Source: an uncultured delta proteobacterium
Lineage (GTDB): Bacteria; Desulfobacterota; Binatia; Bin18
DNA length: 64,000 nt
Reading direction: 5' to 3'
NCBI GenBank assembly: GCA_963733195.1
Contig: CAVTCR010000059.1
Span: 96,001-160,000 of the forward strand
The notes under the pieces: model-generated
What the model saw: the letters and a program-made list of their open reading frames with translations, nothing else
The model's database searches: none
What the model was told of the DNA's origin: nothing
In this document: positions 20,495 through 30,173 of the stretch, piece after piece
Numbering within the stretch: the stretch's first letter is position 1
Layout: the number at the start of each line of letters is the position of its first letter
Position numbers and translations under genes: made by a program

Positions 20495-21064
20495 TTATCG
20501 CATCCCTTCCTGACCACTGCCTGGAGAGTAGTTGTACAACACGGTAATCGTCCGTTCCTTAAAGTACCACTGCCCACCTTCTTTGACCAGGGAATCATCG
20601 TAACGACCAGTGATCATCTGAATCTGCCCAGTGGCGTCCTTTGATTCGGAGTCGAAATAGGTTGAGGTGGTTGCCGTCTTACCGTTGACTGTGATGAGCG
20701 GCTCGAAGAGTTTATGCCGCATGTATTGGTATTGATTGGGGCGCTGCTGAAAGAAACGTGCATACCAGGAATGGATCGTGTCTCGTCCATTATGTTTTTG
20801 GCCGTTCTCAAACGACACAGAGAAATTCGCCTGACGATGAAATAACGAACTGAGCTCACTAAGATTGCCGCTGTCAAGCGCGAAACAGTAGCGACTGAGA
20901 ACCCCACGCACGGCTTCATAGTCATCAACGGCCGGTGATGCAGAGGTCACTTTTCGTGTAGGAGCGCTACGCCGAGTCTGCAGTAGACGCCGTGCAGGTT
21001 TCTTGGTTGAGGTCGCCCGTTTTACTGCGATTTTCACTTTTCTTGCCAGTCGTTGGGTTGCCAT
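20495..21064 (-). CDS. SnoaL/NTF2-like protein with basic N-terminal tail
   Basis: DYEAVRGVLSRYCFALD, MRH, GRYDDSLVKEGGQWYFKER. Confidence 0.85.
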   Translation of the reverse strand: MATQRLARKVKIAVKRATSTKKPARRLLQTRRSAPTRKVTSASPAVDDYEAVRGVLSRYCFALDSGNLSELSSLFHRQANFSVSFENGQKHNGRDTIHSWYARFFQQRPNQYQYMRHKLFEPLITVNGKTATTSTYFDSESKDATGQIQMITGRYDDSLVKEGGQWYFKERTITVLYNYSPGSGQEGMR

Positions 21065-21236
21065 TCCGGTGTTCTCCTCTATAGTTGACGGTCCCGGGTG
21101 GTGTTTGACAGCGCAAAAGCGATTCTCAACTGGTAGTGAGGCGTTGTCAAGTAAAGCTACAATAGAAAACATAATAGTTATTTAATGGAGGATCAGGGAA
21201 TCTTTCCTGAGTTTTCTGGACCATAAGGCTACGTTT

Positions 21237-22649
21237 ATGAGACTGCCGTCACGAACAGGGCTCCGCGAAATTCTTCACCTCGCGCTGCCGATTATCGCAT
21301 CGATGGCATCGGCGACTCTCGCGAGCTTTGTCGATACATGGATCATCGCCTTAATTGGGACCGATGAGGTGGCCGCGGGTATGCCCGCGAGTGTGATGTC
21401 ATATACACTGACGGCGCTGCCACTCGGGATTGCGCAGTGTGTTAGTACGTTTACCGCGCAGGCGTTCGGTCGTGGAAGCCCGCAGGAAGGAGCGGCGTAT
21501 ACGTGGCAAGGGCTCTATTTGAGCCTCATTGTAGGGATTTGCTGCTTTGCCCTGTGGCCAGTGGCACCGCTGTTCTTTTCGCAGTTTGGCCACGAACCAG
21601 AAATCGTTGCTCTCGAAGTGGCTTATTTCCAGGTACGACTATGGGGCATTGGCCTCGGTGTTGCGGTTGGAGCGCTCAACGGCTTTTTCTATGGCTTGCA
21701 TCGCCCTGCGGTGCCATTGGTGGCGATGATTGCGGACAACATTGCCAACGTTGTGTTGTGTTACCTGCTTGTGTTCGGCAAGTTTGGCCTCCCGGCTCTG
21801 GGTTTTGTGGGTGCTGCCTGGGCGCTTGTACTGTCGTTTGTCGTGCAGTTTGCCATCTTACTCGGGGCTTTCCTCTCGACTGCGTGTCACACCGAGTTCG
21901 CGACCCGTAGTACCTGGCGGTTGTCTTGGTTACGATTCCGCCAATTGGTACGGATCGGCTGGCCTGCTGGGATGCAGCAAGCGCTCGATGTGCTGAGCTG
22001 GGGTGTGTTGATTATTCTGATGGTCGGTCGCTTTGGCCGCGAACAACTGGCGGCGAGTAACATTGCTATTCAGTACACAATGATCGCGTTTTTGCCCGGT
22101 ATTGGTCTCGGCCAGGCGTTGACCGCTCTAGTGGGGAAGTATCTCGGCGAAAAGAATATCGGCGTTGCCGTACAGCGGGTCTACGAAGGACTCTTTCTCG
22201 CGATGACCTACATGACGTTCATGGGGCTACTGTATTTCCTGTTTCCGGCGGCGTTATTGTCGGTGTTTACCAGTGACCCGGCGGTGATTCATGCTGGTGG
22301 AACAATTTTCCTGTGCGTCGCGTTCTTTCAATTGTTCGACGCGATGAATGTGACGTTTGCTGGGGCGTTGCGTGGCGCTGGAGATACACACGGAGTGGCG
22401 TGGATTACCGTGGCACTTTTGCTGACGGTCTTTGCGCCACTGAGCTTGGCTGCAGTGGCTTATACGAACCTGGAATCGCTCGGTCCGTGGTTGGCTGGAA
22501 CGATTTATACAGTCTTGCTCGGGCTCTCGTTATGGCGGCGATTTGCGCGCGGGAAATGGCAAGAGATTGATATTTTTGCTGCAGGGCGCAGCAAAAATAG
22601 TGAAGAATTAAAAATAAATAGTGAAGAATTACCGATCGTGAATTCTTAA
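21237..22649 (+). CDS. MATE family efflux transporter
   Basis: ILHLALPII, FVDT, RIGWPAG, LAASNIA, GALRGAGDT; about 12 hydrophobic segments. Confidence 0.93.
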   Translation: MRLPSRTGLREILHLALPIIASMASATLASFVDTWIIALIGTDEVAAGMPASVMSYTLTALPLGIAQCVSTFTAQAFGRGSPQEGAAYTWQGLYLSLIVGICCFALWPVAPLFFSQFGHEPEIVALEVAYFQVRLWGIGLGVAVGALNGFFYGLHRPAVPLVAMIADNIANVVLCYLLVFGKFGLPALGFVGAAWALVLSFVVQFAILLGAFLSTACHTEFATRSTWRLSWLRFRQLVRIGWPAGMQQALDVLSWGVLIILMVGRFGREQLAASNIAIQYTMIAFLPGIGLGQALTALVGKYLGEKNIGVAVQRVYEGLFLAMTYMTFMGLLYFLFPAALLSVFTSDPAVIHAGGTIFLCVAFFQLFDAMNVTFAGALRGAGDTHGVAWITVALLLTVFAPLSLAAVAYTNLESLGPWLAGTIYTVLLGLSLWRRFARGKWQEIDIFAAGRSKNSEELKINSEELPIVNS

Positions 22650-22660
22650 TTCTTCATTTT
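22596..22660. repeat. Heptamer-type array forming the MATE C-terminus
   Basis: AATAGTGAAGAATTA repeated, then inverted AATTCTTAATTCTTCATT; translated as NSEELKINSEEL. Confidence 0.6.
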
Positions 22661-22664
22661 TTCT

Positions 22665-23666
22665 CTACGCTGCGGCATTTTGCACCGGCTCTGGGGCTCG
22701 GATGCCGAGTGTTGCTAGCCGGTCGATGGTGCGAGGGTTCAATAAACCGACCCGAGTCATGTTGCTCCACAATGCGGCATGGAAGTCTTTCTTAAAAAAT
22801 TTGCGAAAGAATTCGTATTCGTTCTTCTTTGCGACCTCGTGACGCAGTGTACGAATATCTTCAACCTCGGCTTTACTGAAACCGACCGCCTCATAGGCTT
22901 CGCGGGGAAATTGTCCGCCCAAAAGCCCGGCTGCAGCGTCGCATGCAAAGTCTTCGACTTCTTGACGTTCGCGCTCGGAAAGCTCGGCGATTTGATCGGG
23001 GAGACTGAGCATCCCGAACCCCATATGGCGGGACTCATCAGACAGAATGCGTTTGCAAATCTGGCTGATCAGTGGATCTTGGCTATGCTGTTCCAGCATG
23101 CGAAAGAGTGAAACCGCGAGGGTCTCGGCGACGAGCTGGGTGCCAACGGTTTTCAGATACCATTGCGGCATTTCCAAAATTCGGTCAAACAAATTTCGCA
23201 GACTAGAGGTGAGAGGGTAGGTCACGCCTACTTTATCAAGCAAATAGCGAGTCAGTACTTCAGAGTGGCGCGCTTCATCTACTACTTGAGTGGCCATGAA
23301 AAATTTGGCGTCGATGGTTGGAACCGAATTCACCAATTGGCTGCACACAAGCATGGCGAATTCTTCGCCATACATGAGCTGGCTGATGCGCCAGGCTGAG
23401 AACTGACGGTTCATCTCAACCCGTTCCTTTGGCGTCATTTTGTTCCAATACTTTGTGCCGTAGATATCCACCAAGCCATCGGGGAGAATGCCAACCTCAG
23501 GATTCACTTCCTGCGACCAGTTTACATCAACCGAAGCATTCCACTGATCGCGCTTGGCCTTTTCATACAGACTGCGCATGTCTGGCTCTTGTACAGCGAC
23601 ATCTTGGGTGAACACTGCGTCAACCGACGCGGTGATAGTGTGACTATTAGGCGACAAAGTGGGCAT
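22665..23666 (-). CDS. Ferritin-like diiron protein (AurF-like)
   Basis: YEKAKRDQWN, YGEE, DEARH, VAE, DESRH diiron ligand pattern. Confidence 0.85.
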   Translation of the reverse strand: MPTLSPNSHTITASVDAVFTQDVAVQEPDMRSLYEKAKRDQWNASVDVNWSQEVNPEVGILPDGLVDIYGTKYWNKMTPKERVEMNRQFSAWRISQLMYGEEFAMLVCSQLVNSVPTIDAKFFMATQVVDEARHSEVLTRYLLDKVGVTYPLTSSLRNLFDRILEMPQWYLKTVGTQLVAETLAVSLFRMLEQHSQDPLISQICKRILSDESRHMGFGMLSLPDQIAELSERERQEVEDFACDAAAGLLGGQFPREAYEAVGFSKAEVEDIRTLRHEVAKKNEYEFFRKFFKKDFHAALWSNMTRVGLLNPRTIDRLATLGIRAPEPVQNAAA

Positions 23667-23865
23667 GATGGCTCCTGGGTTGATGTTCGAGTTTCACTAT
23701 TGAACTAGCCGGTCTCTACCACTATCCAAGCGTTGTTTCTCTGTCAAGTCAAACAACATGAGAGTAGCGGTGCAGTTTGCTTTTCGTTCAAAGCGAGAGA
23801 TAATCGCGCGTAGCGGACTGAGATTTCCCTTGCAATTTGAGCAAGGTAAGAAGCGAGAGGTGTTT

Positions 23866-24117
23866 ATGAACGCGTTTTCTCTACGCACAATTGTCTTGCT
23901 TTTTTCTGCAGTGGTGTCTCTTTTATCTCTCGGTTGTGAAAGGCAGGATGCGCTCCGCACAGGGGGTGGATGCCTTCGATCGGACCAGCGAGGTCCAGAA
24001 TGTCCTCAGTAATCAAGCCGAGCGACTATGGATGCCATGACCAGAGAGCAGCAAATGGAGCAGGTGGCCGAAGCACTCAATCGCCAGAAACAGAAGGACT
24101 CTTTCTCGACTCCTTGA
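23866..24117 (+). CDS. Small lipoprotein (two apparent frameshifts)
   Basis: RBS GAGG; hydrophobic signal with lipobox LSLGC; plausible continuation QGVDAFDRTSEVQNVLSNQAER / MDAMTREQQMEQVAEALNRQKQ in other frames. Confidence 0.45.
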
Positions 24118-24188
24118 ATCCTCCAGCGGTAAATAGAGTGAAATTCGCTTACCTGTACGGTACTTCACCTTGCGATTTCGCTGACTGG

Positions 24189-25082
24189 CTAGGACGATGC
24201 AGATTTTTTCAGCGTTCCCTCACGGGCAAGCACATCGAGCACCTCGCGCATGGTCCAGCCATGTTCTCCACGTTCGGGAAAGCGTTCCGCCAAGCGCAGG
24301 CGACCAACGGCAGCGAGGGTGTCCTGGGTCCCGCGCGCCATGACTGATGAGAACCCAAAATGCTCAAGCGTCTCCGCAAGTTCTGCCATCTCATCTGCTC
24401 GTCGAGCAGCATGCATAGGATATGTGGGAACTAACCATTCCAACGCTTCCATCACGCCAGGTAACAGCGCCTTATAGCGGTGGAGAAGTTCATCGAGAAA
24501 ACCAAACTCGGCCCCAGCCGCAGTTAATTCATAGAGTAACGCGGCTAGCCCTTTGTTGAGCCCGGAAAACGCCATCTTAAACGCTGACGCCTGACCGATA
24601 CGATCACCAAGGACATGGGTGCGGAGTGATTTCCCAAGCTGCACCTCAAATGCCGTTGCCTCTAGACCACTGACATAGAACGTGCAGCGTCCACGGACAT
24701 TACTGGCAGGGCCAATAATGCACGCATCAAGATACGGCGCGCCACTCGTGGAGATAATCTCGCCAACCTCTCGAGCTGTCATCGGCGAAATCGCGTTTGC
24801 ATCAACGAACAATGGGCGGCGCTTGGTTTTGTGTACCGCAGCCGCAAAGTCAGCGGCGACCGCCTTGGCCGCAGTGGGAGGAATGACGGAGAAGACAACA
24901 TCGGCGCGTTCAACTACGGCTTCCATCGACGACAGTACAGTAATTGCTGTACCGGCAGTTAAACGCCGCGTCCGTTCACTCCGCCCAACTAGCGTGGTAA
25001 TGACAGAAAGACCGTCCTCCAATAACACTCGGCCCACATTGTGGCCCATATCTCCTGGGTACAGAATCGCAACAGTGTGCAT
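24189..25082 (-). CDS. NAD(P)-dependent oxidoreductase (beta-hydroxyacid dehydrogenase-like, DUF1932 type)
   Basis: ILYPGDMG, RSERT, DANAISP, IGQASAFKM, HAARRADEM. Confidence 0.85.
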   Translation of the reverse strand: MHTVAILYPGDMGHNVGRVLLEDGLSVITTLVGRSERTRRLTAGTAITVLSSMEAVVERADVVFSVIPPTAAKAVAADFAAAVHKTKRRPLFVDANAISPMTAREVGEIISTSGAPYLDACIIGPASNVRGRCTFYVSGLEATAFEVQLGKSLRTHVLGDRIGQASAFKMAFSGLNKGLAALLYELTAAGAEFGFLDELLHRYKALLPGVMEALEWLVPTYPMHAARRADEMAELAETLEHFGFSSVMARGTQDTLAAVGRLRLAERFPERGEHGWTMREVLDVLAREGTLKKSASS

Positions 25083-25199
25083 ATAATACTCGCTTCGACG
25101 AAGGTGCGCGGATTGTTTCCCTCTGTGGACCTTGTTGTCAAGAACGCGAATCGCTCCCCCTAATCCCCAACGCCTCTTCGTAGTGTATGATGTGTTCCC

Positions 25200-25799
25200 A
25201 TGACTGACGTAGTAAAGTCTTCAGCTCGCTGGCGGCGCGTTGCCCTTGGCCTCGTGATTCTTACGCTTGTGTTCGGTGGAAGCTTCTTCCTCTGGCGATC
25301 GAGTCCTGGGTATTCTGTATATCGCATCAAACAAGCATTAGAAGCGCACGACTATGAATTGTTCTCGCGCTACGTCGATGTAGACCAGGTGGTGGATCAT
25401 ACCCTCGACGAGCTTGGGAACAGTCAAGCAGATGACGGGAGCGACGCTTCTCTGGATGGTCTCCTTGGGAAACTTATGCGTAAAGGGATATTCAAATTAC
25501 TTTCCGGAGAAGCCCGAGAAGTGACCAAAGCAGGCATGTCGTTGTTCGTTGAGCAAGCAGTGAAAGACCGTGACCGTCTACCTCCGCAAATTCCCGTTGT
25601 TGCACCAATCGCGGCATGGTGGCTAACCCAGCGAGACGGTGACACTGCTCATTTGACATTCGAGACAAAGAAGAACAAGCCTATCGACGTGACGATGCAA
25701 CGAACGCCTGAAGGCGTATGGCGCGTGGTAGCGGTCTCAAATCTTCAGATGTTCCTACCAAAACTGAAGAAGCACTTCGAGAGTCTCTCTGACAATTAA
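25200..25799 (+). CDS. Membrane-anchored DUF2939-like protein
   Basis: N-terminal TM then SPGYSVYRIKQALEAHDYELFSRYVD; C-terminal WRVVAV. Confidence 0.65.
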   Translation: MTDVVKSSARWRRVALGLVILTLVFGGSFFLWRSSPGYSVYRIKQALEAHDYELFSRYVDVDQVVDHTLDELGNSQADDGSDASLDGLLGKLMRKGIFKLLSGEAREVTKAGMSLFVEQAVKDRDRLPPQIPVVAPIAAWWLTQRDGDTAHLTFETKKNKPIDVTMQRTPEGVWRVVAVSNLQMFLPKLKKHFESLSDN

Positions 25800-25818
25800 C
25801 CGAACTCTGAGTGAGGAA

Positions 25819-26625
25819 ATGTCATACCAGACTCCCGGCACAATCGTGATTATCAAAGGCGGTGGTGATGTGGGCTCTGCGGTTGCCCATCTGCTGTTTT
25901 GCAACGGGTATGTTGTGGTGATCGTCGAGAGTGCTACGCCGTCAACCACACGTCGGCGCATGGCCTTCGCGACTGCGATCTTTGAAGGCGAGGCGGAGTT
26001 AGAAGGCGTACGAGCAGAACGAGTTGAGTCGCTCGCAGCCCTCAGAGCGTTACTCACCTGGAAGAAAGTTGTTCCTGTTTTTGTAGGAAAACTAGCGGAC
26101 GTTCTATACGAACTCTCCCCGCCTATTGTGATTGATGCCCGCATGCGCAAGCGTGAGATTGCGGAAGTGCAGATGGCTCAAGCACCGCTGGTCATCGGCC
26201 TAGGGCCAGGCTTCACGGCTGGTAAGAATGTCCATGTGGTAATCGAAACTAATCGTGGTCCTAATCTTGGACAGATCATTACTGAGGGAAGTGCAGAACC
26301 ATATACTGGTGAACCGATCTCGATTGCCGGATACAAACGGGAACGTTACGCCTACGCTCCTGCGGCAGGCATCTTCCACACTCGTCTTGAGATTGGTGCT
26401 GCTGTGCACGCTGGAGATCTCCTTGGCCAGATCGAAGAGCACAAGCTGTACGCGCAAGTTGCTGGCGTTATTCGCGGCATTACCAAAGATGGAATCGTGG
26501 TGAAACAAGGCACGAAAGTCGCAGAAGTCGACCCACATGGACAAGAGGCACTTGTTACTGGCATTGCCGAACGACCACGCAAAATTGCTGAGGGAGTCCT
26601 GGAAGCGATCCGTCAGTTTCATTGA
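25819..26625 (+). CDS. yqeB: Selenium-dependent molybdenum hydroxylase system protein YqeB family
   Basis: IKGGGDVGSAVAH, RRRMAF, IDARMRKR, IGLGPGF..G, VIETNRG, GVIRG, KVAEVDP, IAEGVLEAI. Confidence 0.85.
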   Translation: MSYQTPGTIVIIKGGGDVGSAVAHLLFCNGYVVVIVESATPSTTRRRMAFATAIFEGEAELEGVRAERVESLAALRALLTWKKVVPVFVGKLADVLYELSPPIVIDARMRKREIAEVQMAQAPLVIGLGPGFTAGKNVHVVIETNRGPNLGQIITEGSAEPYTGEPISIAGYKRERYAYAPAAGIFHTRLEIGAAVHAGDLLGQIEEHKLYAQVAGVIRGITKDGIVVKQGTKVAEVDPHGQEALVTGIAERPRKIAEGVLEAIRQFH

Positions 26626-26686
26626 CAAGGCGCGAACTCTCCACGGCATAATCGCCCGCCGATCTTGCAATATGAAGGAGATTCCG

Positions 26687-27709
26687 ATGGCTCAGGGCAA
26701 TCCCAAATTACGCTTTGGTTTGTGGTACGCGTTTCGTAACCCTCTGCAGTGGCGGCGATCGTATCAAGACATTTATGCCGATATTCTCGAACAAATTGTG
26801 TGGGCTGAAGGAATTGGCTATGATGATGTGTGGCTCACTGAGCATCATTTCGCAGACGACGGGCATGCACCGTCCCCGCTCCCTCAAGCTGCGGCTATTG
26901 CAGTGAAAACCAAGACAATGCGTATTGGTACTGGCGTGCTGTTATTGCCATTGTACAACCCCGTGCGCGTCGCTGAGGACTGTGCGACCATCGATATTCT
27001 CTCAGGTGGCCGTTTTGAACTTGGCGTTGGAGTTGGCTATCGCGTCGAAGAGTTTACCGGGCTTGGTATTCTGCGTGAGCAACGTGGAGGTCGTGCGAAT
27101 GAAGGGTTAGAGATTATTCGCCGGCTATGGGAAGGTGAAACTGTTACTTTCAAAGGCAAATATTTCCAGATTGAGAATACGAAGCTCACTCCTGAGCCAG
27201 TACAAAAGCCGCGTCCACCGTTGTGGGTTGGTGGTTTTGCCGGAGCAGCGGTGAAACGTGCCGCGCGTTACGGTGATGGGTACATTGGTACTGGGGCAAT
27301 GAAAGAACAATATGAAGCCTACCTGTCCGAGTTGCGTGCACTTGGCAAAGACACGTCGAATCCCAAGCTGGCAGGTGGACACTTCTGGTTGATCGTCGCC
27401 AACGATCCAGAAAAAAGCTGGCACGAGATTGCTCCTCACGTGCGTTACCAGATCAATGTCTACAACGAATGGCTAACCAAGGCTGGACAATCGTTGTTTC
27501 CGCAGATGCCTGACGATGCCGCACTAAAAGCAAGTGGTATTCTAAATATCGTCACGCCAGAGACGGCAGTGCAGATGATCAAAGACTACGTCGCAGAAGT
27601 GCCGATTCAACGTTACTATACCTGGACACTCCCACCGGGTTATCCAGCCAAGAAGATGAATGAGCACCTGGAGTTATTTGCAACTAAAGTCATGCCGCAT
27701 TTTCGCTAA
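26687..27709 (+). CDS. LLM class flavin-dependent oxidoreductase
   Basis: VWLTEHH, PLYNPVRVAED, SGGRFELGVGVGY, PVQKPRPPLWVGG, FATKVMP. Confidence 0.92.
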   Translation: MAQGNPKLRFGLWYAFRNPLQWRRSYQDIYADILEQIVWAEGIGYDDVWLTEHHFADDGHAPSPLPQAAAIAVKTKTMRIGTGVLLLPLYNPVRVAEDCATIDILSGGRFELGVGVGYRVEEFTGLGILREQRGGRANEGLEIIRRLWEGETVTFKGKYFQIENTKLTPEPVQKPRPPLWVGGFAGAAVKRAARYGDGYIGTGAMKEQYEAYLSELRALGKDTSNPKLAGGHFWLIVANDPEKSWHEIAPHVRYQINVYNEWLTKAGQSLFPQMPDDAALKASGILNIVTPETAVQMIKDYVAEVPIQRYYTWTLPPGYPAKKMNEHLELFATKVMPHFR

Positions 27710-27757
27710 ATCGAACCTCAGAACCTTCGTCCACTTTACGCGACAACCTATCGGGCA

Positions 27758-27818
27758 TGTCATTCTGAGCGAAGCGAAGAATCTCTCTGAGAGACCCTTC
27801 GTTTCACTCAGGGTGACA
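27758..27818. repeat. TGTCATTCTGAG..CTCAGGGTGACA palindromic element
   Basis: TGTCATTCTGAGCGAAGCGAAGAATCTC..GAGACCCTTCGTTTCACTCAGGGTGACA; relatives at 48375-48408 and 60818-60924. Confidence 0.8.
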
Positions 27819-27901
27819 AATCTGGAATGCTAATCTTTAGTAGGTCACTTATCTTGTGTCTCAGTTGACTGTACATTAAACTGCCCATCATAGGAGATTG
27901 T

Positions 27902-28205
27902 ATGGATAGCTATGTAACTGCGACGGAGGCACGGCAGCGTTTTTTACAACTACTCGATGAAGTGCAATCGGGAGATCAAGTTATTGTTACAAAAAGAGGG
28001 AGCCCCGGCTGCGGTGCTGATCGACTTTGAGAAACTCGAAACTCTCAAGAGCTTAGCTCGGTTGTGGCAAGACCCAGAGTCGTTGCGAGCAATGAAAGAA
28101 TCTCTCGACGACGCAAAAAAGGGACGGATGCTGAAGATGAAGGGTACTCCCACAGTAGATGCGATTCTGAAAGAGGCACGAACGAAGGGGTTCCTCCGTG
28201 GATGA
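27902..28205 (+). CDS. Phd/YefM antitoxin, copy 1 (one extra G near 28000)
   Basis: MDSYVTATEARQRFLQLLDEVQSGDQVIVTKRG/APAAVLIDFEKLETL; paralog of 34083..34391. Confidence 0.85.
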
Positions 28206-28456
28206 GTTTTCGTTCTCGCCGCGCTTCTTACAAGAACTGGCAGAATGGGAACAAACCGCTTCACCGAAAGATAGGGCGCAACTCGATCATATCCTTGCTG
28301 CTATTGTACAGAATCCGACATTAGCTGGACGTGCGCCCAGCTTTTACGATCCGCTTCATTCCAAGTTATCTTTATCGTTTAGGGTCTGTGCTTATCCATT
28401 TCCGCGTAACTAACGATCAAGTTGAATTTCTCAATTTATTCTTTCGGAGATCGTAA
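28198..28456 (+). CDS. Putative RelE/ParE-like toxin of unrecognised family, copy 1 (one extra T near 28360)
   Basis: Overlaps the antitoxin stop; after correction reads ..GRAPSFYDPLHPSYLYR..IHFRV..VEFLNLFFRRS; about half identical to 34384..34644. Confidence 0.7.
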
Positions 28457-28587
28457 AGACATCAATTCGTTCGCCTTTTTTTGTAGGGGCGAAGACAACT
28501 GCAAACCGCTCTAAAGCTTCTCTTTTGTCTGCCGATAATCAGACCGGGTCACTTTTGGGGGCACAGTAGAAATGAAGAGGAGCTTGT

Positions 28588-29004
28588 ATGTTCGATCTTG
28601 GGCTGACGCACGTTGCTTTACCGGTCCGTGACGTTGATACCAGCATCGCCTTTTATGCGCAGTACGCGCGTATGCAGGTTATCCATCGTCGCACGGATCA
28701 GGTGTCTGGCTCAGACGTAGCCTGGATTAGTGATCGCACACGGCCTTTCGCAATTGTGCTTGTGCGAACCCGCAAGGTCGACAGTCCGCTCTTACCGCTT
28801 GCTCATCTTGGCGTGGCGTGCGCCAGCCGAGATGATGTTGATAGTTTATGCGGGCAAGCTCGTTCAGAAGGACATTTGCGGCTAGAACCACGCGAGGCTG
28901 GGTATCCCGTTGGATATTCGGCGTTACTCGCTGACCCCGACGGACATACCCTTGAGCTGTCTTATGGACAGGAAGTTGCGCTCGCAGTTGCTGACGCAGC
29001 GTAA
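28588..29004 (+). CDS. VOC/glyoxalase family protein
   Basis: LTHVALPVRD..SIAFY, HLGVAC, DPDGHTLELS. Confidence 0.92.
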   Translation: MFDLGLTHVALPVRDVDTSIAFYAQYARMQVIHRRTDQVSGSDVAWISDRTRPFAIVLVRTRKVDSPLLPLAHLGVACASRDDVDSLCGQARSEGHLRLEPREAGYPVGYSALLADPDGHTLELSYGQEVALAVADAA

Positions 29005-29106
29005 ATCGTAAAGATGTGACGCATGAAGATTATTTCGATGACGGCACATGTCGAGAAGACAAGGGATTTAACGCGCTAAAGATTCTGATCTTGCGTTGGC
29101 GGTACC

Positions 29107-29529
29107 TTAGTTTGTCGGTGGATGCCATCCAGCGAACACCCATCGCCGTCGAGCGCAGGTGATACTTTCGTTGTTGAGTTTGAGAGCGATAACAGTTGCA
29201 CGACCACAGGGTGTGAGGCCGAGAATCTCCACGCCATCCTCGCTCCAGCGAAAATGTTCGTTCCAGACTTGTAGACGTGGGTTGAATAAGGGGACGACTT
29301 CTCCTGTCTCAGAGGCAGGTACGTGTGTTTGGACACCTTATAGCGTTACAGAGGGGACACGCGAGCCAAAGATTTTCCTCATCGGATTGGCCACCAGCGG
29401 CAAGAGGAGTGAGATGCTCGATGTGCATAGGCATGCGTAATGAGTTGAGACGTGTGGCAGTAGCGCAACGATGCTGAGAGTCAGCGTCACTTTTTCGCGT
29501 ACGCTATCGGGGATGTACGGACGCGTCAC
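29107..29529 (-). pseudogene. HNH endonuclease, multiply frameshifted
   Basis: Joined frames give HRCxYC..HIEHLTPLAAGG..NLWLACPLCN..LFNPRLQVWNEHFRW..GRATVIALKLN..WHPP. Confidence 0.8.
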
Positions 29530-29948
29530 GAGAAACTACTCTTGCGTTGTTGGATAGGCACCTGGTAGCCACGTCGGGCGAGAAGCAACGAGGCATGCGA
29601 CTGACGGACAAGCAGACGGCCATATGCGTTCATAAGGTCTTGGAGACGGGCGGCGTTGTCAGGCGTTAGCTGCGCTAGCATTCTGGCGATCAAGAAGGGT
29701 ACATAATTCTTCTTGCTGAGGTTCAGGCAGCGTGATTTTGCTCGCTTGCCACAGGGCAGCGTCATCCAGGGTAGACATCTGGGCAAGGACATCGGCTTCA
29801 TAGGACGGCACGTAGTCAAGTGGTGGGAGGGTGTGTACCAAACTTTCTTGGAGGATTTCGGCCAGCGGTCGCTTGGTACCTGTGCCAACTTGTTCACGGT
29901 GCGATAAAGGTTGTCAGGGAGTTCAAGGGTAATCACTTGGGATGCCAT
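29526..29948 (-). pseudogene. Antitoxin-like partner of the HNH gene (frameshifted)
   Basis: ITLELPDNLY.. RHH-like start, LDDAALW, LLDRQN, SLLLARRGY; GTGA overlap with the HNH gene. Confidence 0.65.
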
Positions 29949-30048
29949 CTTCGTACTCGATAGGCTCACGAATTGTTTATCCTATTGGTGAAGTATAGCA
30001 CCTGAAACGTATTGCACAGTGACAGTGCCCGGACTCACCTTACCGATA

Positions 30049-30157
30049 GAACCTCGAGAAGCTGGGTATCCCGTCGGGTATTCAGCACTGCTGGCCGACC
30101 GACGGGTACACTCTTGAGCTGTCGTACGGACAGGAAGTTGCGCTCGCAGTAGCGGAT
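30049..30157 (+). pseudogene. Displaced second copy of the VOC gene 3' end
   Basis: Encodes EPREAGYPVGYSALLAD-DGYTLELSYGQEVALAVAD, matching 28885..28995 with mostly third-position changes. Confidence 0.9.
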
Positions 30158-30173
30158 GTTCAAGAAGAGGCAC

